In this document: positions 40,295-50,977 of the stretch, piece by piece
Position numbering within the stretch: position 1 is the stretch's first letter
Layout: the number at the start of each line of letters is the position of its first letter
Source of the DNA: Gallionella sp.
GTDB taxonomy: Bacteria; Pseudomonadota; Gammaproteobacteria; Burkholderiales; Gallionellaceae
Assembly (NCBI GenBank): GCA_025350705.1
Contig: JANXXH010000079.1
Span: 1,725-65,724 of the forward strand
DNA length: 64,000 nt
Direction of reading: 5' to 3'
Made by a program: the position numbers and the translations under genes
The notes under the pieces: generated by a model
Told to the model about the DNA's origin: nothing
Databases searched by the model: none
What the model saw: only the letters and a program-made list of their open reading frames with translations

Positions 40295-40753
40295 TGTTGT
40301 GCTGTTCCAGTCATGCAGCAATTGATAAAGACCGGAGCTTTCATTGCAGGCGAGCAGGCGATTGCGGAATGATGTGTCGCTGAACATTTGCGCCAACTCT
40401 CCGAGAATTTGCAGATGCAATTCGTTGGCGCGCTCCGGTACGAGCAACACGAAAATCAGGCTCACAGGTTGGCCGTCAGGCGCGTCGAATGGAATCGGAT
40501 GGGATGTCTTTACAAACACGGCAATCGCATCGCGCAATTTTGCGACACGTCCATGGGGGATCGCCACGCCTTGTCCCAAACCGGTTGAACCGAGTTTCTC
40601 GCGGGCAAACAGGCTGTCGAACACCTGGCTGCGCGCGATCTGCTGGTTGTTTTCAAACAACAAGCCGACACGCTCGAACACGCGTTTCTTGCTGGCGGAT
40701 TCAGTATCCAACAGAATGTTGTCGGGCGGCAGGATTTTGCTGATCAGATTCAT
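40292..40753 (-). CDS. ptsN: PTS IIA-like nitrogen regulatory protein
   Basis: REKLGSTGLGQGVAIPHGR, FDAPD. Confidence 0.95.
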   Translation of the reverse strand: MNLISKILPPDNILLDTESASKKRVFERVGLLFENNQQIARSQVFDSLFAREKLGSTGLGQGVAIPHGRVAKLRDAIAVFVKTSHPIPFDAPDGQPVSLIFVLLVPERANELHLQILGELAQMFSDTSFRNRLLACNESSGLYQLLHDWNSTT

Positions 40754-40816
40754 TTATGGGGAGGAAATAAAAATGGGCGGCGGGATTTTATTTGATTCCC
40801 CGGCGCCCGTGGTTGA

Positions 40817-41140
40817 TTACTCTGCCGCCGCAAACTTGCCGGTATCATCATGGCGGCGTGCCGACAGTTTCTCCTTGTGTTTAACCACTTGGCGATCCAG
40901 CTTGTCCACCAGGGCATCAATCGCGGCGTACAGGTTTTCGTCATCGCATTCCACGAACACATCCTTGCCGCTGATGTGCACGGTGGCTTCGGCTTTCTGT
41001 TTCAATTTTTCAATGGAAAGGATGATGTTCACGTCGATCACATTGTCGAAATGACGTTTGATCTTGCCGAATTTACCGGTCGCATAGTCGCGAATGGCGG
41101 GTGTGATTTCCAGGTGGCGTCCGGTTAGATGGAGATTCAT
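40817..41140 (-). CDS. hpf: Ribosome hibernation promoting factor
   Basis: TGRHLEITPAIR, LYAAID; downstream of rpoN. Confidence 0.95.
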   Translation of the reverse strand: MNLHLTGRHLEITPAIRDYATGKFGKIKRHFDNVIDVNIILSIEKLKQKAEATVHISGKDVFVECDDENLYAAIDALVDKLDRQVVKHKEKLSARRHDDTGKFAAAE

Positions 41141-41154
41141 GATGTGCTCCTTTT

Positions 41155-42600
41155 TTAGAGTGATTTACGGAGATTCACCGGGAGAATGCGTAATGCGTCC
41201 CGGTACTTTGCTATGGTACGCCGGGCGACGACTATGCCCTGCTGTGCCAAGATTTCTGCCATGCGGCTGTCGGTAAGCGGTTTGTGCGTGTCTTCCGCGC
41301 TGACCAGTTGCTTGATCAACTCGCGTATCGCGGTGGAAGAACAGGTGCCGCCGCTTTCCGTGGCCAGGCCGCTGCCAAAGAAATGTTTGAATTCATAGAT
41401 GCCGCGCGGGGTCAGCATGAATTTCTGGGTGGTGCTGCGCGATACGGTGGATTCGTGCATTTCCAGCTCATCGGCGATCTCGCGCAACACCAGCGGGCGC
41501 ATCGCGATCTCGCCATGCTCGAAAAAGTTGCCCTGCCGCTCCACGATGGCTTCAGCGACGCGCAAGATGGTATCGAAACGTTGTTGCAGGTTTTTGATCA
41601 GCCACTTCGCCTCCTGCAATTGCGTGGAGAGTTGCGAGGAGTTTTTGTCGGAGCGTTGCTGCAGGATGTTGGCGTAAATCTGGTTTACCCGAAGCTTGGG
41701 CATTGCTTCCACATTGAGGCGTACGCGCCATTTGTTCCTGTGCTTTTCCACGACCACATCGGGCACCACGTAATCGGCGACACTTTGGCCAAACTCGGCA
41801 CCGGGTTTGGGATTCAAGCCCATGATCAAGTGTTGCGCAGCGCGCAATTCATCGTCCGAGCAACGCAGCAATTTTTTGATCTTGCTGAAATCATGTGCGG
41901 CCACCAGATCGATGTGCTGGCTCACCAGGCGGATCGCCAGATCGCGCTGCGGGGTGTCCTCCGGCAATGCTTTGAGCTGCAAGGCCAGGCACTCGCACAG
42001 ATTGCGCGCTGCCAGACCGGGCTGGTCTAGGTGTTGCAGTTGCACCAAAGCGGTCTCGAGATCATCCAGCGTGATTTCAAGTTCGGCTGGCAATAGCGCT
42101 ACCAGTTCATCCAAATCCTGCGCCAGATAACCATTTTCATCCAGCGCATCGATCAGCATCCCGACTACCTGGCGATCTTTCCCGTCGACTGAGCTGATGG
42201 TCAATTGGCTATGCAGGTGCGCACGCAGGCTGGCTTGCTCCTCGGCTTGCTCGGGGCGGGTTTCGTCTTCGTCATCCGTGCTGCGCGTTGAGTTACCACC
42301 GGTATTCCAGTCGGCGGGCTCGTTGTTAAAATCTACCTCGTTGCGGTCATCGTTAGACGACGGCCCGGATTCGTCATTGGCGGTGCTCACCGTACCGGGT
42401 GATGTTATAGACGGAGTGTCCAGCGAAAAAGTGCTGGCCGGAAATTCCTCGGCTACTTCCAGCATGGGATTTTCTTCCAGCATGCGTGCGACTTCCTGAT
42501 GCATATCCTGCGTGGAGAGTTGCAGCAAGCGGATAGCCTGTTGCAACTGCGGGGTAAGCGTCAGTGATTGGGAGAATCGAAGTTGAAGAGTGGGTTTCAT
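41155..42600 (-). CDS. rpoN: RNA polymerase sigma-54
   Basis: LTPQLQQAIRLLQL, HESTVSR, RpoN box ARRTIAKYR. Confidence 0.98.
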   Translation of the reverse strand: MKPTLQLRFSQSLTLTPQLQQAIRLLQLSTQDMHQEVARMLEENPMLEVAEEFPASTFSLDTPSITSPGTVSTANDESGPSSNDDRNEVDFNNEPADWNTGGNSTRSTDDEDETRPEQAEEQASLRAHLHSQLTISSVDGKDRQVVGMLIDALDENGYLAQDLDELVALLPAELEITLDDLETALVQLQHLDQPGLAARNLCECLALQLKALPEDTPQRDLAIRLVSQHIDLVAAHDFSKIKKLLRCSDDELRAAQHLIMGLNPKPGAEFGQSVADYVVPDVVVEKHRNKWRVRLNVEAMPKLRVNQIYANILQQRSDKNSSQLSTQLQEAKWLIKNLQQRFDTILRVAEAIVERQGNFFEHGEIAMRPLVLREIADELEMHESTVSRSTTQKFMLTPRGIYEFKHFFGSGLATESGGTCSSTAIRELIKQLVSAEDTHKPLTDSRMAEILAQQGIVVARRTIAKYRDALRILPVNLRKSL

Positions 42601-42631
42601 TGCCTGGTGTTGTATAGGGGTGATATTCGCG

Positions 42632-43375
42632 TCACAGCTTGAAGTTTTCGCCCAGATACACTTTCCTTACGCCTTCATTATAGATGATTTCATCCGGTTT
42701 GCCTTCAGCCATTACCGAGCCGGCGTTGATGATGTAGGCGCGGTCGCAGATGCCCAAAGTTTCGCGCACGTTATGGTCGGTGATCAATACGCCGATGTTG
42801 CGCTCCTTGAGGAAGCGGATGATCTTCTGGATGTCCAGCACGGCGATCGGATCCACGCCGGCGAAGGGTTCGTCTAGCAGGATGAAGCGCGGATTGGTCG
42901 CCAATGCGCGTGCGATTTCCACGCGCCGCCGCTCCCCGCCGGACAAGCTGATGGCGGGGTTGTCACGGATATGCACAATGTGCAGGTCTTCCAGTAACTT
43001 TTCCAGGCGATTCAGCATGTCTTCCTGGCGAGTTTGCGTGCCACCGTCAGGAAGGCTTTGCAATTCCAGCACCGCTTGAATGTTTTGTGTCACTGTCATG
43101 CGACGAAAGATCGAAGCCTCCTGTGGCAGATAACCGAGTCCCAGTCGCGCGCGGCTGTGTATCGGCAAATGAGTGATGTTTTGGTCATCAATAAAGATTT
43201 CTCCGCCGTCGGCGGAAATCAGTCCCACGATCATGTAGAACGTAGTGGTTTTTCCCGCACCGTTAGGGCCGAGTAGACCGACTACTTCACCACTCTTTAG
43301 CGACAGTGAAGCATCGTGCACCACGGTGCGCGAGCCGTATTTTTTTTTCAGGCCGATAGCGCGAAGTTCACTCAT
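42632..43375 (-). CDS. lptB: LPS export ABC ATPase
   Basis: [27 protein letters not shown]. Confidence 0.97.
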   Translation of the reverse strand: MSELRAIGLKKKYGSRTVVHDASLSLKSGEVVGLLGPNGAGKTTTFYMIVGLISADGGEIFIDDQNITHLPIHSRARLGLGYLPQEASIFRRMTVTQNIQAVLELQSLPDGGTQTRQEDMLNRLEKLLEDLHIVHIRDNPAISLSGGERRRVEIARALATNPRFILLDEPFAGVDPIAVLDIQKIIRFLKERNIGVLITDHNVRETLGICDRAYIINAGSVMAEGKPDEIIYNEGVRKVYLGENFKL

Positions 43376-43976
43376 GTTCATTCAGTAGAGGAGAGATTGT
43401 GCCGGGAGTGATGGGCGGATGATCCGGTGCGGGCGGTGATGTATCAGCTTCTTTGGGCTTGGGTTGTAGCACTGCACGCACCCTCTGTGGCGGGGCATTC
43501 GCCGAGCGGGGGCCGCTGTCCACCTGAAAGATTTCGGACTTGGCGCTGTAAGTAATATGTTCGCCGCTTACCTCATCCTGTCCGCGTTTGAGGCGAGCAT
43601 TTTCGAAGAAGTTAAGCGTATCTGTGCGCGTGTCATATTCGATCCGTTCGCCATAGCCTTCCACGTACTCCTCCAAACCCTCGCGTTTTTGCCGGAACTC
43701 GGCGTTCTTTCCATATGCCGCAGCGTGGTTGAATCCGTCCTTGTCCTGTGTCACGACGACCTTGTCACTTCGTATGAGCAGCGTGCCCTGGGATAAACGC
43801 ACATTGCCGATGAAGGTGCTGATCTGCTGGGCATCGTCCATAATCACTTGATCGGCCTCCAGGTGCATCGACTCGTGGCGATCGGCGTGTTCGGCAAAGC
43901 AGGCTGGCGTCCATAACAGCAGAAATGCGGGAAGCAGGAAAGCTGCCAACAAAAGTTTATTGCTTATTCGGTACAT
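43368..43976 (-). CDS. lptA: LPS transport periplasmic protein
   Basis: Signal peptide, EAD..GNV..QG; gene order. Confidence 0.9.
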   Translation of the reverse strand: MYRISNKLLLAAFLLPAFLLLWTPACFAEHADRHESMHLEADQVIMDDAQQISTFIGNVRLSQGTLLIRSDKVVVTQDKDGFNHAAAYGKNAEFRQKREGLEEYVEGYGERIEYDTRTDTLNFFENARLKRGQDEVSGEHITYSAKSEIFQVDSGPRSANAPPQRVRAVLQPKPKEADTSPPAPDHPPITPGTISPLLNEHE

Positions 43977-44538
43977 GTTCGCTTCTAACTTGGGAAAGCA
44001 GTTTCAGGATGCGTGACTTGTTGTCCCATTCCATGCCTGTCGCACGAATGATGTTGTGCGCATCGATGACGATGACAGTGCGGTCGGTGTTCACTATATC
44101 GCGATCCGGGATGATATGCAGATACTCCGTTTGCAATGTCAGTCCTGATTGCCGGGCGCTTGCCTCGCGCAGAATTTCGATATCGTCGTGCAGGAATATC
44201 TCATCACCCTTGCCGGAGATGGCGCCGCGCCTGGCGATCGCTTGTATTGACGGTTGTCCGGCCGATATCATGGTGATACGCGGAGCTTCCAGTAAAGTGC
44301 TGTCGTCATCCGGGTAATGCAGCATTTTTTTTGCAGCCATGATGAAGTTCGGCATACCCTGCTCATTCAACTTTGTCGCAGAAAAATTTTCCACGATAGC
44401 ATCGGGGTCGTGGCGTTTGTTGCTGTCCGGCTTGGCCGGTTCCGGCTGGACTTGCTGGTTCAGCCAATAGGCGGCCCCCAGCAAACCAAATAAGGGTAGC
44501 AGCGGCAACCAGTAACGAACGCGGGAAACAATATTCAT
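43957..44538 (-). CDS. lptC: LPS export protein LptC
   Basis: N-terminal TM helix, HYPDDDS; gene order. Confidence 0.9.
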   Translation of the reverse strand: MNIVSRVRYWLPLLPLFGLLGAAYWLNQQVQPEPAKPDSNKRHDPDAIVENFSATKLNEQGMPNFIMAAKKMLHYPDDDSTLLEAPRITMISAGQPSIQAIARRGAISGKGDEIFLHDDIEILREASARQSGLTLQTEYLHIIPDRDIVNTDRTVIVIDAHNIIRATGMEWDNKSRILKLLSQVRSEHVPNKQ

Positions 44539-45053
44539 TGCAAATAGGGTGCGATTTGCGCATCCAGCGTGCCTTGCGCCGACATGATCAACTCGCAGGC
44601 TTCGCGTACCGCACCATGTCCACCGCTACGTTGCGTGACATAGTGGGAATGTTCGCGCACCAGCAGTGGAGACTCGGGTACGCTGATCGCCAAACCGACA
44701 TGGCGCATCACCGTGAGATCAACTACATCGTCGCCCATATAGGCGGCCGCATCGCGTGACAGTTTGAGCTTGTTGAGCAGATCGACCATTGCTTCCAGTT
44801 TGTGTTCCACGCCCTGAAAGACATGCGTGATGCCGAGATTCTTCGCGCGCGCCTCGACACAGCGTGAAGTGCGTCCGGTGATGATGGCGATCTCCACCCC
44901 GCTGTTCTTGAGCATCTTCAAGCCGTGCCCATCCAGTGAATTAAAGCGCTTGAACTCCTCGCCGGAATCGGAGTAATACAATCCGCCGTCCGTCATCACG
45001 CCATCCACATCGAACGCGACCAGGCGTATCAACTTTGCGCGGCTTGTCAGCAT
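44535..45053 (-). CDS. kdsC: KDO 8-phosphate phosphatase
   Basis: DVDGVMTDG, ITGR, GDDVVD, GGHGAVRE. Confidence 0.95.
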   Translation of the reverse strand: MLTSRAKLIRLVAFDVDGVMTDGGLYYSDSGEEFKRFNSLDGHGLKMLKNSGVEIAIITGRTSRCVEARAKNLGITHVFQGVEHKLEAMVDLLNKLKLSRDAAAYMGDDVVDLTVMRHVGLAISVPESPLLVREHSHYVTQRSGGHGAVREACELIMSAQGTLDAQIAPYLQ

Positions 45054-45073
45054 GTGTTTCTCCCAAATAAAAC

Positions 45074-45144
45074 GTAGGGTGGGCAGGTTTTTCTGCCCAC
45101 GGTGTACCGTCCGCGTGGGCACGATAAAGCTGTGCCCACCCTAC
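45074..45144. repeat. GTAG-type REP doublet
   Basis: GTAGGGTGGGCA...TGCCCACCCTAC. Confidence 0.8.
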
Positions 45145-45148
45145 AAGA

Positions 45149-46135
45149 TCAAATCACCTTTGCATGCAACAGGTCATGCATGTTCAGTGCGCCGACCAGT
45201 TTAATTTGCTCATCCACAACCAGTATCTGGCTGATATTGTATTGTTCCATCACCTGCACGGCCTCGGCGGCGAGATTGTCCGGGCCGATGCAGCGCGGAT
45301 TGGCAGACATCACGTCGCGCACCGGGGTGGCGTTGAAATCCAGTTTCTTCGCCAGCGTGCGGCGAAGATCTCCATCGGTGTAGATGCCCAGCACATGCTG
45401 TCCGGCATCCACGATGGCGGTCATGCCCACGCCTTTTTTCGATATCTCCAGGATCGCGTCACCCAGCATTGCGTTTACACTTACCATCGGCAGCCGCTCG
45501 CCAATACGCATGATGTCGCTCACGTGGGTGAGTAAACGCCGCCCCAGATTGCCGCCCGGATGAGAGCGGGCAAAATCTTCCGCGCCAAAACCTTTGGCAT
45601 CCAGCAATGCCATCGCCAGTGCGTCGCCCAACGCTAACGCAGCAGTGGTGCTGGTAGTGGGTGCCAGGCCCATCGGACAAGCTTCTTTATCCACGGCTGC
45701 ATTCAGATGCACATCGGCCAGTTTTGCCAGGCTGGAGACAGGATTGCCAGTCATGCTGATGAGCTTGGCGCCTTGGCGTTTAATGCCCGGCACGATGGAC
45801 AACAGTTCCTGGCTTTCGCCGGAATAGGACAGCGCGATGATGACGTCGTCCGGTGTAATCATGCCGAGATCACCATGGCTGGCTTCGCCCGGATGAACGA
45901 AATAGGCGGGGGTGCCGGTGCTGGACATGGTCGCGGCGATCTTGCGCGCGATGTGCCCGGACTTGCCCATGCCGCTGACGATGACGCGGCCATCGCAACG
46001 CAGAATGATATTCAGCGCGTGCAGGAAATTTTCATCGAGCCGGGCGCTGAGAGCCTGTACGGCGGCGGCTTCGATGTTCAGCACTTCTCGGGCAAGGTCG
46101 AGCGCGCGGGGTGCGGCGGAGATGGGTTTGGTCAT
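45149..46135 (-). CDS. kdsD: Arabinose 5-phosphate isomerase
   Basis: GMGKSGHI, EASHGDLG, HPGG, CBS pair. Confidence 0.96.
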   Translation of the reverse strand: MTKPISAAPRALDLAREVLNIEAAAVQALSARLDENFLHALNIILRCDGRVIVSGMGKSGHIARKIAATMSSTGTPAYFVHPGEASHGDLGMITPDDVIIALSYSGESQELLSIVPGIKRQGAKLISMTGNPVSSLAKLADVHLNAAVDKEACPMGLAPTTSTTAALALGDALAMALLDAKGFGAEDFARSHPGGNLGRRLLTHVSDIMRIGERLPMVSVNAMLGDAILEISKKGVGMTAIVDAGQHVLGIYTDGDLRRTLAKKLDFNATPVRDVMSANPRCIGPDNLAAEAVQVMEQYNISQILVVDEQIKLVGALNMHDLLHAKVI

Positions 46136-46288
46136 GGGCCGGGATTATAGCAGTGCGTTCAACCCGCAGCGAAATTTTGACCGGCAGAAAAATATCGGGG
46201 TGTGGCGAAATATTTTCTGGAAATTTTGAAAGCGTTCGCCAATTAGGGCATTATCCGTGCATAGGAATCATAATCCTTGAACATGTAC

Positions 46289-48265
46289 ATGACTAATTCA
46301 TTACAACTCCTGCTGATCCTGCTCGCCGTCGCCGTGGGCGTGGTGGTGCTTTGCCGCATTCTGCGCCTGCCGGCGATGCTGGGGTACCTCCTCGTCGGCA
46401 TCCTGATCGGTCCTCATGCGCTGGGTTGGATACCCGATGCGCCGGAGACCCGCGATCTGGCCGAATTCGGCGTGGTGTTCCTGATGTTCAGCATCGGGTT
46501 GGAATTCAGTCTCGGGCGGCTGCGCAGCATGCAGCGGCTGGTATTCGGCTTGGGTACTGCGCAGGTGGTGGCGACCATTTTGCTGGTCATGCTCACCTCG
46601 CTTTTCTTCGGGTTGGATTGGCGCGCCGGGCTGGCTTTGGGCGGTGTGCTCGCGATGTCCTCGACCGCGATCGTCAGCAAGATGCTGGTCGAGCGCGCTG
46701 AACTGAGTACGCCACACGGCCAGAAGATCATGGGCGTGTTGCTGTTCCAGGATCTGGCCGTGGTGCCGCTGATCATCATCATCCCGGCTCTGGCCAGCAG
46801 CGGGCAGAATCTCTATGTCACGCTCGGGCTCGCCCTGCTCAAGGCTGCTGTGGTATTGGCGGCCATGCTGATCTTCGGGCAACGGTTATTGCGTCCATGG
46901 TTTCATCTGGTGGCGATGCAAAAATCTTCAGAACTGTTCATGCTCAACGTGTTGCTGTTCACGTTGGGTTTGGCTTATATCACTGAACTGGCCGGGCTTT
47001 CCATGGCGCTGGGCGCATTCGTCGCCGGCATGCTGATCTCCGAGACCGAATATCGTATTCAGGTGGAAGAAGACATCAAACCATTCCGCGACGTGCTGCT
47101 TGGTTTGTTCTTTGTCACTATTGGCATGTTGCTCGACCTGCATAGCGTGATCTCCGGATTCGGTTGGGTGCTGCTGATCCTGCTGATCCTGCTGCCGTTC
47201 AAGGCGGCGGTGGTGGCGCTGCTGGCGCGCTGGTTTGTCGGGGATTGGGGTGCGGCGATCCGTAGCGGACTGGGGTTGGCGCAAGCAGGCGAATTCGGTT
47301 TCGTGCTGCTGACTTTGGCTGGCGGGGTGAATTTGTTGCCGCAAGACGTGATGCAGAACGTGCTGGCAGCGATGCTGATCTCGATGCTGACCGCGCCGTT
47401 CCTGATCCAGCACGCCGAATTCATCGTCCGGAATCTGACGCCATCCGCATGGATGGATAGTGCAATGTTGATACACCAGATCGCGGTGAAGAGCATGTCC
47501 AGCGACGCGCACATCATCATTTGCGGTTATGGGCGCAGCGGACAGGCATTGTCGCGCTTTTTGAAACGGGAGAATTTCCGTTTCATCGCACTGGACCTTG
47601 ATCCGCGCCGGGTTCATGAGGCTTCCGCAGAGGGTGAGAGCGTGGTATATGGCGATGCAGCCAAGCGTGAGGTTTTGCTGGCCGCCGGGCTGATGCGTGC
47701 TAAAACTTTGGTGATCACCTACAACGACAAACATTCAGCACTCAAGATCCTGCACCATGTGAATCAAATGCGTCCCGACCTGCCGGTAGTGGTGCGCACG
47801 ACTGACGATGCCCACATAGAAGAACTCAAGAAAGCCGGTGCGGCCGAGGTGGTGGCTGAAGTGACGGAAGGCAGCGTGATGCTGGCCTCACAGGCGCTGC
47901 TGATGTCCGGCGTGCCGCTGAACCGGGTGATCCGCCGCGTCCAGGAAAACCGCGCAGGGCGTTATGCGGCATTCAGCGGTTATTTTCGTACCGCTCAATA
48001 TACGGTGGACGAGCCCAGCGAAAACTTGCAGCCGCGTTTTCTCAGCGTGCGGCTCAAAGAAGATTCCGCAGCCGTGGGCAGAAAGCTGGGTGAGGTCGGC
48101 CTGATGGAGTTGAATGTCGAAGTGAATGCCGTGCGTCGGCGCAACAATGTGCACGGCGCGCAACCGAGCGAAGAAATGTTGCTTCAGACAGGGGACATCC
48201 TGGTGCTGCTTGGGTTGCCGGAAGCGTTGCAGCAGGCGGAGTTGCAACTGCATAAAGGCCAATAG
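46289..48265 (+). CDS. CPA2/Kef-type cation:proton antiporter with TrkA-N and TrkA-C domains
   Basis: SSTAIV, FQDLAV, QAGEFGFV, CGYGRSG. Confidence 0.92.
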   Translation: MTNSLQLLLILLAVAVGVVVLCRILRLPAMLGYLLVGILIGPHALGWIPDAPETRDLAEFGVVFLMFSIGLEFSLGRLRSMQRLVFGLGTAQVVATILLVMLTSLFFGLDWRAGLALGGVLAMSSTAIVSKMLVERAELSTPHGQKIMGVLLFQDLAVVPLIIIIPALASSGQNLYVTLGLALLKAAVVLAAMLIFGQRLLRPWFHLVAMQKSSELFMLNVLLFTLGLAYITELAGLSMALGAFVAGMLISETEYRIQVEEDIKPFRDVLLGLFFVTIGMLLDLHSVISGFGWVLLILLILLPFKAAVVALLARWFVGDWGAAIRSGLGLAQAGEFGFVLLTLAGGVNLLPQDVMQNVLAAMLISMLTAPFLIQHAEFIVRNLTPSAWMDSAMLIHQIAVKSMSSDAHIIICGYGRSGQALSRFLKRENFRFIALDLDPRRVHEASAEGESVVYGDAAKREVLLAAGLMRAKTLVITYNDKHSALKILHHVNQMRPDLPVVVRTTDDAHIEELKKAGAAEVVAEVTEGSVMLASQALLMSGVPLNRVIRRVQENRAGRYAAFSGYFRTAQYTVDEPSENLQPRFLSVRLKEDSAAVGRKLGEVGLMELNVEVNAVRRRNNVHGAQPSEEMLLQTGDILVLLGLPEALQQAELQLHKGQ

Positions 48266-48286
48266 AAAAGCCCGCCGAAGCGGGCT
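48266..48286 (-). terminator. Terminator between convergent genes
   Basis: Minus strand AGCCCGC-TTCG-GCGGGCTTTT. Confidence 0.75.
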
Positions 48287-48308
48287 GTGTCACGCCGGGT
48301 GATTGGTA

Positions 48309-48983
48309 TCAAACTCCCATGCAGACGGCATAAAGTGTGGTATCAAGCACGTTTGCAGTGGTTACTGCGGCAGTAGAAGCAGAGGTTCCCGCTGCAATAG
48401 TCATCATCGTGCCCGTATCCGTTTTGCCGTCGTCCAGCATGATATCAAGCTGCTTGGCAAAACTGCCGGGAATGGCGTCAGAGCAAATAATGTTGGTGCC
48501 TCTTAGTTGCACGCCCCCGGCACCGGTGATGACCATTTGCGTCGAATTGGTAACACCCAAAACTCCACCCAGCGTATTTCTTGGTGGGTATCCCAAAAGA
48601 TCGGTTGTGTCTGTGACGCCATTGGCGATGCCCGACAACCGCACATGCTGCCAAAAGAGAAACGACTCTGTAGTTGCGGCAGCGGCGGTATAGAGATTCC
48701 ACGTGCCCTCGATACTGCCATTACCGGTGGTTCCGCCTGTCGTAGCGATGGTTGCCCCCGATACATGCTGCGAAGCCTGTGCATCATCGCCTGGCATTGC
48801 GTGGAATTTATCCTGATAGTTGTAGATAAACAGCCCGGTGCTTTTGAAATCGCCCGCGAGGTTCTTGACCTTTGCGCTGTTGATGAGTTCTTGTCCTTTC
48901 AGCACACCGCCGAGCAACAGGCCGATGATCACCAGTACAATGGCGATTTCGATCAAGGTAAAACCGGATTGGATGCGTTTCAT
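48309..48983 (-). CDS. Type IV pilin/pseudopilin-like protein
   Basis: GFTLIE prepilin cleavage/methylation motif; LDDG; C-terminal Cys pair. Confidence 0.9.
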   Translation of the reverse strand: MKRIQSGFTLIEIAIVLVIIGLLLGGVLKGQELINSAKVKNLAGDFKSTGLFIYNYQDKFHAMPGDDAQASQHVSGATIATTGGTTGNGSIEGTWNLYTAAAATTESFLFWQHVRLSGIANGVTDTTDLLGYPPRNTLGGVLGVTNSTQMVITGAGGVQLRGTNIICSDAIPGSFAKQLDIMLDDGKTDTGTMMTIAAGTSASTAAVTTANVLDTTLYAVCMGV

Positions 48984-49028
48984 TGTGATAATCTCCTGAA
49001 TTTGGTGAGCTGCGTTTTAATTAATTGC

Positions 49029-49044
49029 AGCAAGCACTATGCCA
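49029..49044 (-). promoter_or_regulatory. Sigma-54 -24/-12 promoter of the pilin-like gene
   Basis: Minus strand TGGCATAGTGCTTGCT with exact GG-N10-GC spacing. Confidence 0.75.
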
Positions 49045-49215
49045 AGGTCGCGATGATTTTTTGATTTTGTCATTCCGTGCGGGCAGGAGTCCAGATGAAT
49101 CAAACATTTAAACAAAATAAAAATCCGCTACAACGAATGTTTCAGGAGATTGAAATAGACGATGTTTAACTGGCCAGCAGTGATCCTGACGAAATACTGA
49201 CAGAGTAATGACGAA

Positions 49216-50922
49216 ATGCTGACGCTCAACATCGGAAATCATTGGCATAGCGGACGCTGGCAGTTGCTGGCGATGCTCGGGCTATTGCACGGCGCGCTGC
49301 TGCTCGGTGTGGAAAGTTCGTGGGTTCATCCATTGTTGCTGGCGCACCTTGGGCTGTTCCTGCTCTGGCAACCATTGTGGCGCGGTGAGCGCGAAGTGGG
49401 GCGCGGCGCATTTGCATTCATCATGCTGGCGGCGATGGTTGCGATGTTCTGGTTGAACTGGTGGACTGTCGCTCTTTGGTTGACTGGGCTGTTTGGTCTG
49501 GTGGGTGCACGCGTATTCGTTTTCCGCGATCGCTGGACGCGCTTGTTGTACCTGTCGGTAGTGGCCTACCTGCTTGCGGTGTTGCTGCTCTGGGTGGTGC
49601 CGAATTTATTTGCGGCCCAGTCCACCATTGAGGTCGGGCGCATCCTGATGTGGTATGTGCTGCCGTTGTTGTTGCCGGCCATGATATTTCTTCCGGTTAA
49701 AAAACAGCTGGCCGAGGGCGGGCAGACGGTGGACTTCATGTACAGCTTGATGCTGTTCATGTTGCTGGCCTTGGTGGTGCTTGGCAGCCTCGCCTTCATG
49801 ACCTTGCAACGGCTGGAGTATCTCGATGCCCTGTTGCGCACCCTGTTCCTGATCGGATTGATCTTGTTGGCATTCGGAGTGCTGTGGAATCCGCGCTTCG
49901 GTTTCAGCGGTCTGCAGGTGATGTTTTCGCACTACCTGTTGAATGTGGGCACACCGTTTGAAAACTGGCTCGCTCAGTTGACCAAGGCAGTTCAGCGTGA
50001 ACCCAATGCGGCGGCCTATCTGCGCAGCGCTGTTACCTTGCTGGCAGATTTGCCGTGGCTGTCAGGCTTGTCCTGGCAATCGCCCGACGATACCGGACTG
50101 CTTGGACAATTCAGCAAGCACGCGACAGTAGTGTCCGACAGTGGATTGCGCCTGACGCTGTATGCCAAACAGCCGCTCAACCCAACGCTGATGCTGCATG
50201 TTCACCTGCTTGTTCAATTGATCGGTTATTTTTATCAGGCTAAACAGCGCGAGCAAAGCCTGCGCGACATCACGCGTTTGCAGGCCGTATATGAGACCGG
50301 ATCGCGCCTCACCCACGATATGAAAAACATGTTGCAATCGCTGCTTTCGCTTACCTCCATAGCGCAAAGCCGCGAAGAGCGGGCACAGCAATTACTCCAG
50401 CAACAACTTCCGCTGCTTACCCAGCGCATCGAGATGACGCTGGCCAAGCTCCAGCAACCGTTGATTGAAAACGAAACCCTGCAGCTTGCTCTGAACGCAT
50501 GGTGGGATACTCTGCGGCAGCGCAATCAACATCAGGTTGTCGAATGGCGTGTGCCGGATAGCCTGCCGGACAAAAGCATTCCCGCTGCGCTGTTCGATTG
50601 TATATTCGACAACCTGATCGATAACGCCTTGAGAAAACGCCAATCCGACCCGGGCATCACCATCTCCGTCGAAATTCGATCTGAGCCGGTGTGTTTGGCC
50701 GTTTGCGACAACGGCGATCCCTTACCGGAAAATATTGCCGCAAACATATTGCGCGGCGTTGTCGTATCTGAAAATGGGCTGGGGATCGGCTTGTACCAAG
50801 CTGCGCGCTGGGCCGTGCAGCTTGGCTATCGACTGTCGTTGGTCAGCAACAAGGCCGGGAATGTGTGTTTCGAGTTGCGAGACAGCAAGGGAATGAAGGA
50901 AAGGCGAAATCTGAATTTGTAG
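49216..50922 (+). CDS. Membrane sensor histidine kinase
   Basis: Multiple TM segments, H-box THDMKN, NLIDNA, DNG, GLGIGL. Confidence 0.82.
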   Translation: MLTLNIGNHWHSGRWQLLAMLGLLHGALLLGVESSWVHPLLLAHLGLFLLWQPLWRGEREVGRGAFAFIMLAAMVAMFWLNWWTVALWLTGLFGLVGARVFVFRDRWTRLLYLSVVAYLLAVLLLWVVPNLFAAQSTIEVGRILMWYVLPLLLPAMIFLPVKKQLAEGGQTVDFMYSLMLFMLLALVVLGSLAFMTLQRLEYLDALLRTLFLIGLILLAFGVLWNPRFGFSGLQVMFSHYLLNVGTPFENWLAQLTKAVQREPNAAAYLRSAVTLLADLPWLSGLSWQSPDDTGLLGQFSKHATVVSDSGLRLTLYAKQPLNPTLMLHVHLLVQLIGYFYQAKQREQSLRDITRLQAVYETGSRLTHDMKNMLQSLLSLTSIAQSREERAQQLLQQQLPLLTQRIEMTLAKLQQPLIENETLQLALNAWWDTLRQRNQHQVVEWRVPDSLPDKSIPAALFDCIFDNLIDNALRKRQSDPGITISVEIRSEPVCLAVCDNGDPLPENIAANILRGVVVSENGLGIGLYQAARWAVQLGYRLSLVSNKAGNVCFELRDSKGMKERRNLNL

Positions 50923-50977
50923 AGATAGTCATATGTGATAAGCTCCGAGCCGTTGTTACTATCGTTATGTTTGCTTA

